Source: Octopus sinensis
Lineage: Eukaryota
Assembly: GCF_006345805.1 (NCBI RefSeq)
Contig: NC_043003.1
Location: 4,898,001 to 4,962,000 of the forward strand
Length of the DNA: 64,000 nt
Direction of reading: 5' to 3'
The notes below the pieces were generated by a model. It had not been told where the DNA came from. It searched no databases and was given only the letters and a program-made list of their open reading frames with translations. Position numbers and translations under genes: made by a program. This document shows positions 1-12,375 of the stretch, in pieces (the first letter of the stretch is position 1; every line of letters begins with the position of its first letter).

Positions 1-762
1 GATTGGTGTTATTCCTAGTAGCAAAAGAGTGACTTGAAGCATCGGGACGTATCGAACGCAAAAGAGAGGAAGACTACAAAGCAAAAACGTATATAATGAA
101 TTTGGAGAAGAATATGATTCTGTGTGTCAAGAAACATTTTTACTCTTGTGAATGGCAACGACCGGAATCGCATGGAAGACAAGCGATTCGTTAAAAGGAA
201 ACAAAGTCGAATGTTTTGGTGACCAGGGTAAACATATGGAATCGGGTTGAAACAAATACTCAACGGAGAGACGTCGATGAAATATACTGTTATATAACCT
301 CAAGCGTTGATCAGACTTATAGAAATAGTATATGTGATTCCACTTTCAGTCAATTCAGGTCCTTAATCAAACATTTGTTTCAGATCTTTTTATTCTTTTC
401 TAGTTTCAATGACAACTTTTCGTTTTGTTGACTACAAGTATGTCTTTCATACTAAATGACTCTTGTAGTCATACACTTAGTGATATGGTAATAATCAAAT
501 TAAGCGAATTTGAAATTTACACAACTGACATTTTATCATTTAAACGCAGAGCAGCATTTATGTATGTGGGCAGAATATTTGAAAAATTATACATAATTCC
601 CGTGATCCTCTACTTTCAATTTTACTCGAATCCACAAATAATTATAACTTGAAGTCTGTCAATTTAAAAAGCGGAATCCCATATTTTAACGCAGTTTGAT
701 AAGTGCAATGCGAAAAAAGTTTTGGCCCTTCAGTCACCATATAATTTCTGCCGTTTAATATT

Positions 763-763
763 A

Positions 764-813
<50 letters not shown>

Positions 814-991
814 CACACATATATATGCATATATACATATATATGTGTGTATATATGTGTATATATATATATTCATATATATACATTTATATATATATAC
901 TTGTATATATATATGTACATATATATATATACATGTATGTATGTATGTATATATATAGTCTTATATATATACATGTATGTGTGTGTATATA

Positions 992-1031
<40 letters not shown>

Positions 1032-1080
1032 ATGTATATATACATGTATGTATGTATATATATATATATATATGTATGTA
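763..1080. repeat. Compound (TA)n/(CA)n/(TATG)n microsatellite
   Basis: Directly visible; explains the YI/CV/HT-rich ORFs in the track. Confidence 0.95.
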
Positions 1081-1472
1081 TATTAGGTTATAAACATGCA
1101 CACATCTCACACTAACACACATAATGTATATGTATGCGTGCGTGTAAATATGTGCTTCAACCGAAATATAACCTTGTTTCATTGCTATTTCCTGTTTCCA
1201 TTTGATTTCAGTTTTTTTTTTAATATTAAGCATAACATTGAGAGAGAAACGCACTCGGATACACACACCACACACACTACGTACACGCTAGCACACAACA
1301 CTAACGTATACACTTACATGCATACGCACATATATGTACGTTTATGTTTGTAAGTATACGCATGGCACACACATACGCACACATATATGCACAGTATGTG
1401 TTGTGTATATGTGTGTGTTTGTGTTTATATGTATATGTCTGTGGCTTTATATTCATATATATATATATATAT

Positions 1473-1830
1473 ATATTGTTATATTTCGGAATGGTCATTT
1501 TGCCAGTTTAGCCAATAAAAACACACGCACTATATATTTGGTGTTATTTTGCTTCAGTGATATTTATTTTTTACATTAATCTTAATCTTATTTCGGCCAA
1601 AGTTCTTTCGTCACACTCCTGACGGTTAGTAAGGAGAGACACAAGTAAGTGAGAAGAAAACAAAGGACCACTGATGCGGTCGCAGGAGTGTGACGAAAGA
1701 ACTTGGCCGAAATAAGATTAAGATTAATGTAAAAAATAAATATCACTGAAGCAAAAATAACACCAAATATATAGTGCGTGTGTTTTTATTGGCTAAATGG
1801 CAATATGACCATTCCGAAATATAACAATAT
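1473..1830 (+). mobile_element. Short inverted-arm element (~148-bp arms, ~61-bp spacer), probably a Penelope-like pseudo-LTR derivative carrying a hammerhead motif
   Basis: 1473-1621 is the near-perfect reverse complement of 1683-1830 (atattgttatatttcggaatggtca...cgtcacactcct). A hammerhead-like fold spans spacer and right arm (1666-1708). A MITE is the alternative reading. Confidence 0.75.
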
Positions 1831-2352
1831 CTGTTTCAACACACGAATTCACATAAAAAATCTTGCACAACAAATATTTAAACGTATATATATTATATAT
1901 ATATATATATACGTGTATATCATATATACACACACGCACACATAACTCTCTCTCATTCTCTCTATCTCTCTACATATATGTATACATACATACATACACA
2001 CACTTACATATGTTTGTATGTATATGCATGTATGTATATATGTAGTTTGTATGTATGTGTATGTGTGTGTATGTATGTGTTGTGCGTGTGTGAGTATATG
2101 TATATATGTGTATGTATGTATGTGTGTATGTGTGTGAGTATGTACGTGCTTGTGCGTATGTATGTGTGTATGTATGTATGCATGTGTGTATGTGTGTGTA
2201 TGTATGTATGCATGTATGTTGTATGTGTGTGTTTGTGTGTGTATGTGTTTATATGTATATGTTTGTAGATTTGTTTCTATATATATGGGAGTATATCATA
2301 TCATATACACACACACACACACATAACTATCTATCGCTCCTTCGCCTCTCTC

Positions 2353-2389
<37 letters not shown>

Positions 2390-2431
2390 GATATACACAT
2401 ACTTACTCATAAACATTTGTATGTGTATGCA

Positions 2432-2472
<41 letters not shown>

Positions 2473-3643
2473 TGTGTGTGTATGTGTGTGTATGTGTGTG
2501 TGTGAATGTGAATTTGTTTAAGTAGATAACGAGAATTAAACATTTCTCTCTTATCTTCCTGAACGGAATTAAAATGAAAATTTCTTTAAGTTTCTCTTTT
2601 GTTTTGTTATGTTTTTTTGTTGTTGTTTCTTACTTGACTGAATCCTTTTGATGTTTCCCATCTTTAATATTCTGTTTTTGTTGTTGCTATTATTGTAACA
2701 TTTGTTTTCCTTGTTGTTGTTGTTGTTGTTGTTGTTTGTGAGTGGTGACGGAGTCGTCGTCGTCTCCGTTGCTGATAGTCTTGTGTCGTTGTGCTTTTCC
2801 TTCTGGTATCGACGTTCAGGTTCTCTTATTCTTGTCGATGTTGCTGTGTATGATGTCGTTGAAAATGGCGGGGATGATGTTGTCGATGGTGATGATGTGG
2901 TCATTCAGCGCCAGTCCATTTGTGGTCAAGACGTCACACATAAGTATAACATTATTGAACCCCAGATCTCGCCTATTTCCTGGACAGTTGGACATCCTCA
3001 AAGAACTCTCCTTATTAAATATATCCTTCCTTTTACTTAAAACACTATAATTACATTAAGGGTTAGTTATTATTTCTAGCTTGTTGAGTGGCCTCCTATT
3101 TGCTTCTACAACAGATAGAAATACTCTCAGCGACCTCCAACACCGGCCATTATTTAGTTTGACATCGTTGTTGATATTTGATCTTCGGTCAAACCCGCTG
3201 TAGTAAGCTCATGGTTAAAGGAATTCCAATTCTTATCATTCAGCTACTTACTTCCAGATCTAGAGTACCTTGACTCCTTTAAGCAATATGTTCTTCAATA
3301 TTAAGGAAACGTTGCTTCGCAGTCGTAGTTTCATAAGAGGGAGGTTTGGTTACTCTTTTCCCGGTATTGACTCGGTATTTTACTGATTGTCCTTTAGCAA
3401 ACTTATTAAGTACAGCCCTTTATGTATGGCCATCTCAGCAGACATTCTGAAATAGTTCAACCCGGTATACATCATAAAATGTGTCGTTTATTTTTTCGGC
3501 AGTAAAAACTAATTGATAAAAGAACGTGCTGCTCTTTCTTGCAATTCGAGTAACCTCCTCTCCCCCAAGTGATTCCTCATTGACCCATTAACATTCAGTG
3601 TAATTAAAATACCTAATTATTTATGTAATTAGAATATAAACGA

Positions 3644-3800
3644 TGATGAACTGGCAGATTCGTACTGGTGCCGGACAAAATATGTTGTGAAGTCTGATTC
3701 CAATGATTCACGTTCTGAGTCCAAATTCCCCCAGGATTAAACAGTTCTGTCTTTGACGCTTATATTTTCGGAATGTATAAAATAAGTACCAGCAACATTC
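3644..3800 (+). mobile_element. Degenerate SINE, family B
   Basis: gaactggcagattcgt...cacgttctgagtccaaattcc...ataaaataagtaccag resembles the family B copies at 26.7 and 36.5 kb. Confidence 0.6.
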
Positions 3801-4219
3801 CGGATCGATATCCTCAACTAGACACACTGTCGCTTTGAAATGTTTGGTCGGGTGTCTCTTCTAAAATTCTATGGATTCTGGAAGTCAAATATTCAGCCAA
3901 TATGGTCGAAGTAAACAGAAAGACCTTACAATATGGATGTATGTAGAGGAATCTTTTCTCTATATTCATCCATTCTGTTATTTTTTTTTTTTGTGATATC
4001 TTCATAATGATAACCCTATATTAGGAATTTAGAATTTAATACTGATAAACTGTATATAAGGTTTATCGAAGTTGTGCCCCGTGGTCGGCAAGAACAACGA
4101 AAATATATCAACGACTGTACTGATTTACCTTTACTTCTCTTGTCCTCATTATTATAATTAATTAATTCTTTAGCTTTCTGTCTTTACGTTAATTATATTT
4201 TCCGCTTCTCTTCATGGTC

Positions 4220-5100
4220 AGGAAATAATCCAGCTTCCAACAGTTTTTAAGTATCTGCAAAGCTCAGGCCAGAACAACAATGACGTAATCAGTGGACATC
4301 AAAGAGCGTCTGTGCTTACACACACACACGCAGACATCGAACCATGGCACACGGGGGAATACTGCTTTCACATCTGAAAGGGTCTGGTTGCATGCACACA
4401 CACACACATACACACACACAAACCCACACAACACACACACACATTTTAGAGCCATAATGGTACAACGGGATGCCTCTTCTGCATCTGCAAGTGTCTCATG
4501 ATATAAACACAGTGATCTTAGATTCCCAAGGGCATACTGTTTTCCCTTAAACAAGGGTCTGGCTGTTACACATACATATACCATGGACACGCAATGAAGT
4601 AGAGTTTCCACTTATAGAAAAGGTGCCTGTTAGTACGTAAAGAAATATCCTAGATTTACAAAGGGGTAACTCATCATCATTGTTCGACCGTGGTCGAGAC
4701 AATGGAATTCACTATGTTACGCCAGACTTCACGGTCTATCATAACATTACGGAGGTCCTGTTGTTCCGTAAGACTATGGAATTTACAAGGGGTAACTATT
4801 TGCATATCTAGAAGGTTCTGATTGCTATGCCCTCAGTTATTCTCATCCCACAACGGAACACTGATTCCACGTTTGGGAGAGCCTGTCTCTACATGCAGAA
4901 AAAAAAAGATCCCCAACGGAATACTGCCTCCAGATGAAGAGAGGTTGGTTGCAACAAATTCAGACGTCGTAGATCCAGAAAAGGGAACTGCTTCTACATT
5001 TTGATGGTACTGGATCCTACATACACATATCGCAGACTTACAAGGGATCACTAATTTCAGATGAGGCAGGATTTGATTGTATATCACGGATGGTCTGGTA
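4220..5100. repeat. Degenerate ~63-66-bp tandem array
   Basis: Motif aagggaatactgcttccaca...aagggtctggttgca recurs; anchors at 4860, 4923, 4987, 5050 (63/64/63 apart) and at 4361, 4536, 4669. Confidence 0.65.
4672..4780 (-). mobile_element. RTE-type LINE 3' stub (109 bp) with target-site duplication
   Basis: Minus strand reads SLTEQQDLRNVMIDREVWRNIVNSIVSTTVEQ* then (tga)n. Flanked by atttacaa(a)ggggtaact at 4654-4671 and 4781-4797. Confidence 0.8.
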
Positions 5101-5328
5101 GCGAAATAGAATGATTTTGAAAAATGACCACCAAGAACTGCTGGACAAAGAAGTAGAATAAAAGAAAAGTTGAGACATTCTACGGGGAATGGTCAGTACT
5201 TGACCAACGGCCATTCTCAACATCTTCTGTCTCATTAATACAACCGCTGCTACTTCTTCGACCAGTATCATCATAAAAAATCGGGAAAATGATCAGGAGT
5301 ATAACAATCATCCTCATCATCATCATCA

Positions 5329-5725
5329 TAGGCGCAGGAGTGGCTGTGTGGTAAGTAGCTTGCTAACCAACCACTGCGTGGCATCTTGGGCAAGTGTCTT
5401 CTGCTATAGCCCCAGGCCAACCAATGCCTTGTGAGTGGATTTGGTAAACGGAAACTGAAAGAAGCCTGTCGTATATATATATATATATATATAAGTGTGT
5501 GTATATGTTTGTGCGTCTGTGTTTGTCCCCCTAGCATTGCTTAACAACCGATGCTGGTGTTTACGTCCCCGTCACTTAGCGGTTCGGCAAAAGAGACCGA
5601 TAGAATAAGTACTGGGCTTACAACAAGAATAAGTCCCGGGGTCGATTTGCTCGACTAAAGGCGGTGCTCCAGCATGGCCGCAGTCAAATGACTGAAACAA
5701 GTAAAAGAGTAAAATAGTAAAGAGT
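5329..5725 (+). mobile_element. tRNA-derived SINE, family A
   Basis: taggcgcaggagtggctgtgtggtaag head, central (TA)n, tail ggcggtgctccagcatggccgcagtcaaatgactgaaacaagtaaaagag; several copies in the window. Confidence 0.9.
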
Positions 5726-6211
5726 ATCCTCATCATAATAGTCATCATCATAACCACGACCAACATCACTGCCACCACCACACCCACCACCACCACCAGT
5801 TACTACATCTCATATACACAAACCAAATAAATTATTTCATTATCTATCAACCATATGGAAAAAAAAACCCTTATTTTTTTTGTATGACATCATTATATTG
5901 TGATGTGTACATACGTACATATACACAAACACATACGTAGGAACACATAAACACACACATATATATATAATTATATATTAGTTTATTATTCTTGTTATGT
6001 GTCTGATTTACAGCAGCGTGTCCTATAGATTATATCTATTTTTTCATATGATATCAGAAAGTATGAGATCGTGATATCCGCTATATCGATATATGAATAA
6101 AGAATTATTCCCCACTCAAAGCAAAGAGTTAAATCTTTTCAGATAAATCTATCACAGGTATTTTATTGAACCGTCTGTACCTAAAGCACCTCACCACCGA
6201 TATATATATAT

Positions 6212-6267
<56 letters not shown>

Positions 6268-6946
6268 CATACATATATATATATAAATATATATATATAT
6301 TTATATGTGTGTGTATACATATATATATTTATATGTGTGTGTATGTGCATATATATATACATATACAAACATACCTTAACACACACATATATATGTATGT
6401 ATATAATATATATATATATATATATGTATGTATATATGCATGTATGTATATAGGTGTATGTGTGTTTGTGTGGGCTTGTCATGTTTGATGTGCATCGCAC
6501 AAATACATATGTTAACATACTCAGATATATGTAATAACAACAAAAACAACAACAGCAATGATAATATACTACTACTATACTACTACTACTACTACTACTA
6601 CTACTACAACTGCTACTAATAATAATTATAATAAGCGTAACCTTAATCATAAGGCTACGGTGTCTGCGAATCATAAAATGTTGCGTACGTGTTCGATGCA
6701 GTCTGTAGTGTTTATGTGTTTAACTGTTTAATTACATTTTGCAAGATGTTTCAGTCGGACTTCAGGAAAGCTGTTTACCAGTTTCTTCCGTCTATGATGT
6801 TAATAAACGAGTTAGATTTTATAATCTGAATTATCTGGACTTACTTTGTTGATCTCCAGATGAAACATCTTGCCATCTTGCAAGTGGTACGTAATAACAG
6901 TTGAATTAAAATTACCTTGTGTGCGTGTGTGCTTGTGTAGTTATGT

Positions 6947-7333
6947 GGTAGGAAGCACTCCGTCGGTTACGACGACGAGGGTTCCGGTTGATCCGATCAA
7001 CGGAACAGCCTACTCGTGAAATTAACGTGTAAGTGGCTGAGCACTCCACAGACACGTGTACCCTTAACGTAGTTCTCGGGGATATTCAGCGTGACACAGA
7101 GAGTGACAAGGCCGGCCCTTTGAAATACAGGTACAACAGAAACAGGAAGTAAGAGTGAGAGAAAGTTGTGGTGAAAGAGTACAGCAGGGATCACCACCAT
7201 CCCTGCCGGAGCCTCGTGGAGCTTTAGGTGTTTTCGCTCAATAAACACTCACAAAGTCCGGTCTGGGAATCGAAACCGCGATCCTACGACCGCGAGTCCG
7301 CTGTCCTAACCACTGGGCCATTGCGCCTCCGCC
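6947..7333 (-). mobile_element. tRNA-derived SINE, family C (3' variant 1), full length
   Basis: Head ggaggcgcaatggcccagtggttagg (A box) ...ggtttcgattcc (B box); 11-bp TSD tgtagttatgt at 6936-6946 and 7334-7344. Confidence 0.9.
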
Positions 7334-7339
7334 TGTAGT

Positions 7340-7376
<37 letters not shown>

Positions 7377-7497
7377 CGGCGGGCATTTTGAACTGGCCAT
7401 GATGCATACGTGCATATATATGTGGGTATACGTTCGTATATGTAAGTATTTGTATGTTGTATTGATATATATATATTTATGTTTCTCTTCTGTGTGT

Positions 7498-7545
7498 ATT
7501 CTACTGACGAGGTAAATGCAAAGTCAGAAACCCGGGATCTAGAAT
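7498..7545 (+). ncRNA. Degenerate type I hammerhead-like motif
   Basis: attcta CTGACGA ggtaaatgcaaagtca GAAA cccgggatc tagaat: 6-bp stem I and intact core, but stem II is broken and stem III has an extra base. Confidence 0.45.
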
Positions 7546-8249
7546 TATCCAGTAATTTTTTACTATTTTCACCTTGTCTCTTTGTTTTCTCTCCGTGTTG
7601 ATATATGGACAATTAAGGTGGTTTTAGAGTCAGATCATGGCTGCTATTTTCAGCATGGTGGTATCTCGTAGATACCCTAATTTATAATTTTAAATATATA
7701 TATATATATATATATATATTCATTTATTTATACGTGTTTGTGTGTTTTGTGTACGCATATATGCTTATATTTATTTATATGTACGTATGATTATGTACAC
7801 GTATGCGTATATTGGTTCATGTGGGATGGATGAGAGAAAACAAGGCAGTACATGCTTTAGCGGATATGTTTCCATGGTGAAACTGAAACTAAACATTTCG
7901 TGACGTGCTTTGAGTTTCACGCTACAGCGATCTTTTCGCTAAAGTTCGGCTCGAAGATCGCAGAGGCTTGAGACATTAGTCGTAGGATAATCTCTCAGTT
8001 TCTGTTCTAATAAATAACTTCAGCGCCGGTCTCAGTAGCACCACAAAAATGATGGGCGCTGATCCGCCACCTTTGACTGAGCTATATACAAGCAACTTTA
8101 GAAGTAATTTCTTCCAAATTTACTCCTTATCCGTCAGTCTCGTATTTCGGATAAATTTCAGAGGATTCGTGGGGAGTGAACAAACTCGCTTAACATAGAG
8201 GTTTTTAAAGTCTGCTGTTTGACTTATTAGTCGACGTTGTGGTCAAATA

Positions 8250-8354
8250 AAGGCCGGCAGAAGTAAAAACAAAAGAGTAGGGTAGAACCTAAAAAGCGGA
8301 AGTAAATATTTTCCGGAAGTAAATTTCTTCGATTCCAAAATGGAAACAGTAAGT
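8250..8354 (+). promoter_or_regulatory. Candidate TATA-less housekeeping promoter with first coding microexon (ATG GAA ACA|gtaagt)
   Basis: Two ETS/GABP-type sites (gcggaagt 8296-8303, ccggaagt 8313-8320), YY1-like caaaatgg over the ATG at 8340, perfect donor at 8349-8354, CpG-richer surroundings. Confidence 0.4.
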
Positions 8355-8977
8355 AGGGATTCTTACTTTTACACCGCATTTTTCTTTAACGTTAATCCCG
8401 TCCGTTCATTTTCACTTCTCTTTCACTTCTGTCGTCTATTGTATGATTCGCCATGGAAAATCCTGATCTGCGAATCGCTGTTCATATCATTCGCCAATGC
8501 AAATAGAATTATCGTTACCAATATAGAGCCCTGTAATGTCAAATTGCTGTGTATCGTTTTTAGTACTACACAGTTATTAGTGGTACATTCACTGAGGAGA
8601 CATAAAGCTAGGTCGACACAGCCAGAAGATATGATTATGTATTGACATTCAGTAAAGAATAACGTTGAACTTTTCATTGCACTCAACATTATGACTACAC
8701 TGACTCAGGAATAAGTCATTTCTAGAATATTTTCGAGACAAAACGGAGAATTACAAGGTTCTCTGGGGCCAACCTGCAGTTAGTTTGTATCTAGCAATCA
8801 GTTAGTTAATATAACACGCAAATGCAGAGAAGGGAGAAACACAATGGCTTATCAAGAGACCCCCCCCCACAACCTAAACACAGGACATATCGACATGTCC
8901 ATATCTAAATCTATCTATCTATCTACACACACACTATATATATATTATATATATATATACATGTGCACATATGTATT

Positions 8978-9042
<65 letters not shown>

Positions 9043-9679
9043 ATAGATGAATGGTTAGAAAGATAGACGTAAGTAAATAGAAAGTTAGATATATACATGT
9101 GTGTGTGTATGTGTGTGTGTGTGGTGTGTGGTGTGTTACAACTTCTAAGAACGGTAGTGCAATAGATGTTATGAAATCAAATGGTAGTAGTGCGAGGGGA
9201 AAGACCAGGAGGAGAAGGGTGGTTCCATGCAATTTCTTTAAACATGCATGCACAATAGCAGTTCTTTGAATAGATTTAGAGAAATTGTCTTTGTCGATTC
9301 CTTCTGCTCAGTAGATCAGTGGACAGTCAGAGAGCAAGGTGTGCTAATGTTGGCGCCGAGATGCCGGCTTCACTTCTATCGCCATCAAAATAATTGTGCT
9401 AGAGCTGTAAAGAATAATCCTTGAGTAGCTTTATGCTAAAATGCAACACAGAAGTACATAAATAAAATATTCTTTACACACAGACATACAGACAAACACA
9501 TATACACACATCTACACACACACATACACACACACACACACAGAGGCATACACGTACATGTACAGGCACACACAGACGTGTTTCTGTGTGTGCATAATAC
9601 GTCCCATTAATTCGAACACCATCATTAGACATTATGTATACACTATGTCAATCTACCCATAATTATAAATATATAGGCA

Positions 9680-9747
9680 CACACATAAGCACACGCACAC
9701 ACATACATACATATATATATATACATACATATATATATGTATGTATG

Positions 9748-9780
<33 letters not shown>

Positions 9781-9960
9781 ATATATATGTATGTATGTAT
9801 ATACATACATACATATATATATATATATATGTGTGTGTATGTAAATATATATATAAGTACTGATATATGCATATATATATCATTTAAATATTTATATATA
9901 TATATAATATATATATATATATGCACATATATATGTATAAATATATTTATCTATAAATGC

Positions 9961-10035
<75 letters not shown>

Positions 10036-10263
10036 ATATATATATAAATATACGCATGCACACACTCATATATAGATATATATGTATGTACACATATGCG
10101 AATTATACGCATACGGCTAAATTCTTGTGCCAGAAGCATTCCAGTCATATCAAGAAATACTGGAAGTATATATGTACATGTAGCAGAGAATATTTGTTAT
10201 ATAACAAATTTATATACACACACAGACACGTTTATACACGTACGTATATATATATATATATTA

Positions 10264-10303
<40 letters not shown>

Positions 10304-10340
10304 ATATAATATATACCATATATATATATATATAATGTAC
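9680..10340. repeat. Long compound TA/CA microsatellite tract
   Basis: Directly visible. Confidence 0.95.
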
Positions 10341-10626
10341 ATAGATGTATATATGTACGTATATGTGTGTCTCTGTGTATGTGTGTATGCCGTGCCTTTA
10401 AGCACATTTCTTATGTTTGATCAGATATTTGGACCTGAGTGGACAGTAACAATGTTATGCTAATGCTGCCCGGTGGAGTGGACAGAGATCCGTTAATAAC
10501 ATCAGCTCACTGAATAGGTATATCTGTGCGTTTGAGAGTGTGGCCATCAATGTCCATATACGTGTGTGTATGTATATGTAATATATATATATATATATAT
10601 ATATATATGGTGCATACATACACCAC

Positions 10627-10676
<50 letters not shown>

Positions 10677-10897
10677 TATATACATAGATACACATATATG
10701 CACGCTAATAATCTCGCGCACATACACGAATACATACGCTAATATATACATACATACGTATATATATATAATATACATACACACATCTGTATACATATTA
10801 ATATACATAAGTACACATACACACGCTCATAAACTCGCGTGCACACAGAAATATATACATATATTTTATATATATATTATTTATATTCTTTCTCTCT

Positions 10898-10954
<57 letters not shown>

Positions 10955-11924
10955 GCAGCGATTTGCAGGACTGGTTAGACAGCGATGATAGTTTTTCTCT
11001 GCGCTAATCGCTCCGACAGTTTGTGTGGTGAATTCAAATCCAGCCAGAGCAGATACAGAAAGTAATTTTTGCTGCGCTTAATTCGATTATATGTCCTGCT
11101 TTATTTCTCTTCTGTACTTGTTGCGATCGAGGAATCCGATTGTGACCAGATGTCTAGTGGGATGCTCTACGCCATAGTAACATATCAAACTGAATCTTAT
11201 ATTATTCCTCGATCTTTGCGAATGCGTCATAGATTCAAAGGACCAATGTTCTGGCTCTAGGAATGCATCTACACAGAAGCGTACACGCGCCCACCCGACT
11301 AACTCAGATACATAGATGCATAATGTATCTATTCCTGAACTTATAACTAGAGGTCGTGCTTAGGGACACCATCTCTTAAAAAAGTGTAGCTAAGCATGGA
11401 GTACTTATGAAGTTTCCAGAAATAAATATGAAAAGTCGTAAGGGAATTAGCTAGCAATATTTTGAATTTTATATGTTTAATACTGTTTGTATACGTTCAT
11501 ACATACATACCCATACTCACATAAAGACACAGAGAAATACACTCGGGCATAGACACACCTATAACTGGAGATCGTGGTTCTACACACCTTTTGGTACTAT
11601 ACAATTTTTTAATTTGAAATATATCAATAATGTTTTACCTTGCAGGTAAATATATACAATTCAAACGCTTATGTCTATCTTTATATATAATATATATATA
11701 TATAATATATATATGTATATATGTATATGTCTCTGTGTATGTGTGTATGCGCATACTTTAATTATTTAAATTATTTTGTTGGAATATAGGTTTCAATTAG
11801 GTAACTAACACAGAAATAAGTATATACACATACATTGGGTATAACATACACATGCACACGCAAACGCACACATATATATATATACACGTTTATATTTATG
11901 TGTGTGTGTGTGTGCGTATTCTAT

Positions 11925-12375
11925 TCTCTATTTTCTCCAGTGTCCCCGCGAGCAATATATTATTTGCCCAATGGGGAAAATATTCCACCAGTTTTATCGA
12001 AATGATGTCGGTATCGATCTTACGAGTCACCCAAATCTAGGCCCCCGTCTCATCTGTCCCTTACAAAAGTCGTGTTCATATCACATAAGAAAACAACTTT
12101 TTTTTATTATGTCAGTTGATCCCGGTTATTCAAAAATCTTCTGAATGAAATTGAAATAGAAAAAGATCGCAGAACATTCAAACGGTAGCTGAACAAATTC
12201 CTCCAATAAATACCAGACAAACCACCAACACTTGGTTACTTCTTAGCCAACAACAACTCTTTGCTTGAGTAGTGACTTCCGTCCAGAAACATGACTTAAA
12301 GACTCTCTCCAGGTGGTGCTATTACATCAGTCATGACCTGGGCCAATAGTAGCTGAAGCCAATCTGATGTATCAT
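11925..12375 (+). mobile_element. Old, degenerate 3' fragment of a CR1/L2-group LINE related to the 29.8-kb element
   Basis: QCPREQYIICPMGKIFHQFYRNDVGIDLTSHPNLGPRL aligns with QRRRERYIICTMWKIYRQLCPNDLNISFKVHPRLGPRA; ataccagacaaaccacca and caggtggtgctatta are shared. Confidence 0.8.

Noticed and set aside
4220-5100. CRISPR-like reading of the 64-bp (and 78-bp) arrays
   Set aside because: Units are diverged along their whole length, with no invariant repeat plus unique spacer; no cas genes; eukaryotic context.
7240-7333. tRNA gene calls at SINE heads (also 41130-41223 and family A heads)
   Set aside because: A/B boxes are present but run into SINE bodies with TSDs; no complete cloverleaf or acceptor stem.
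10425-10517. AG...GT-bounded segment that looks like an exon
   Set aside because: Stops in all three frames; at most non-coding, with no further support.
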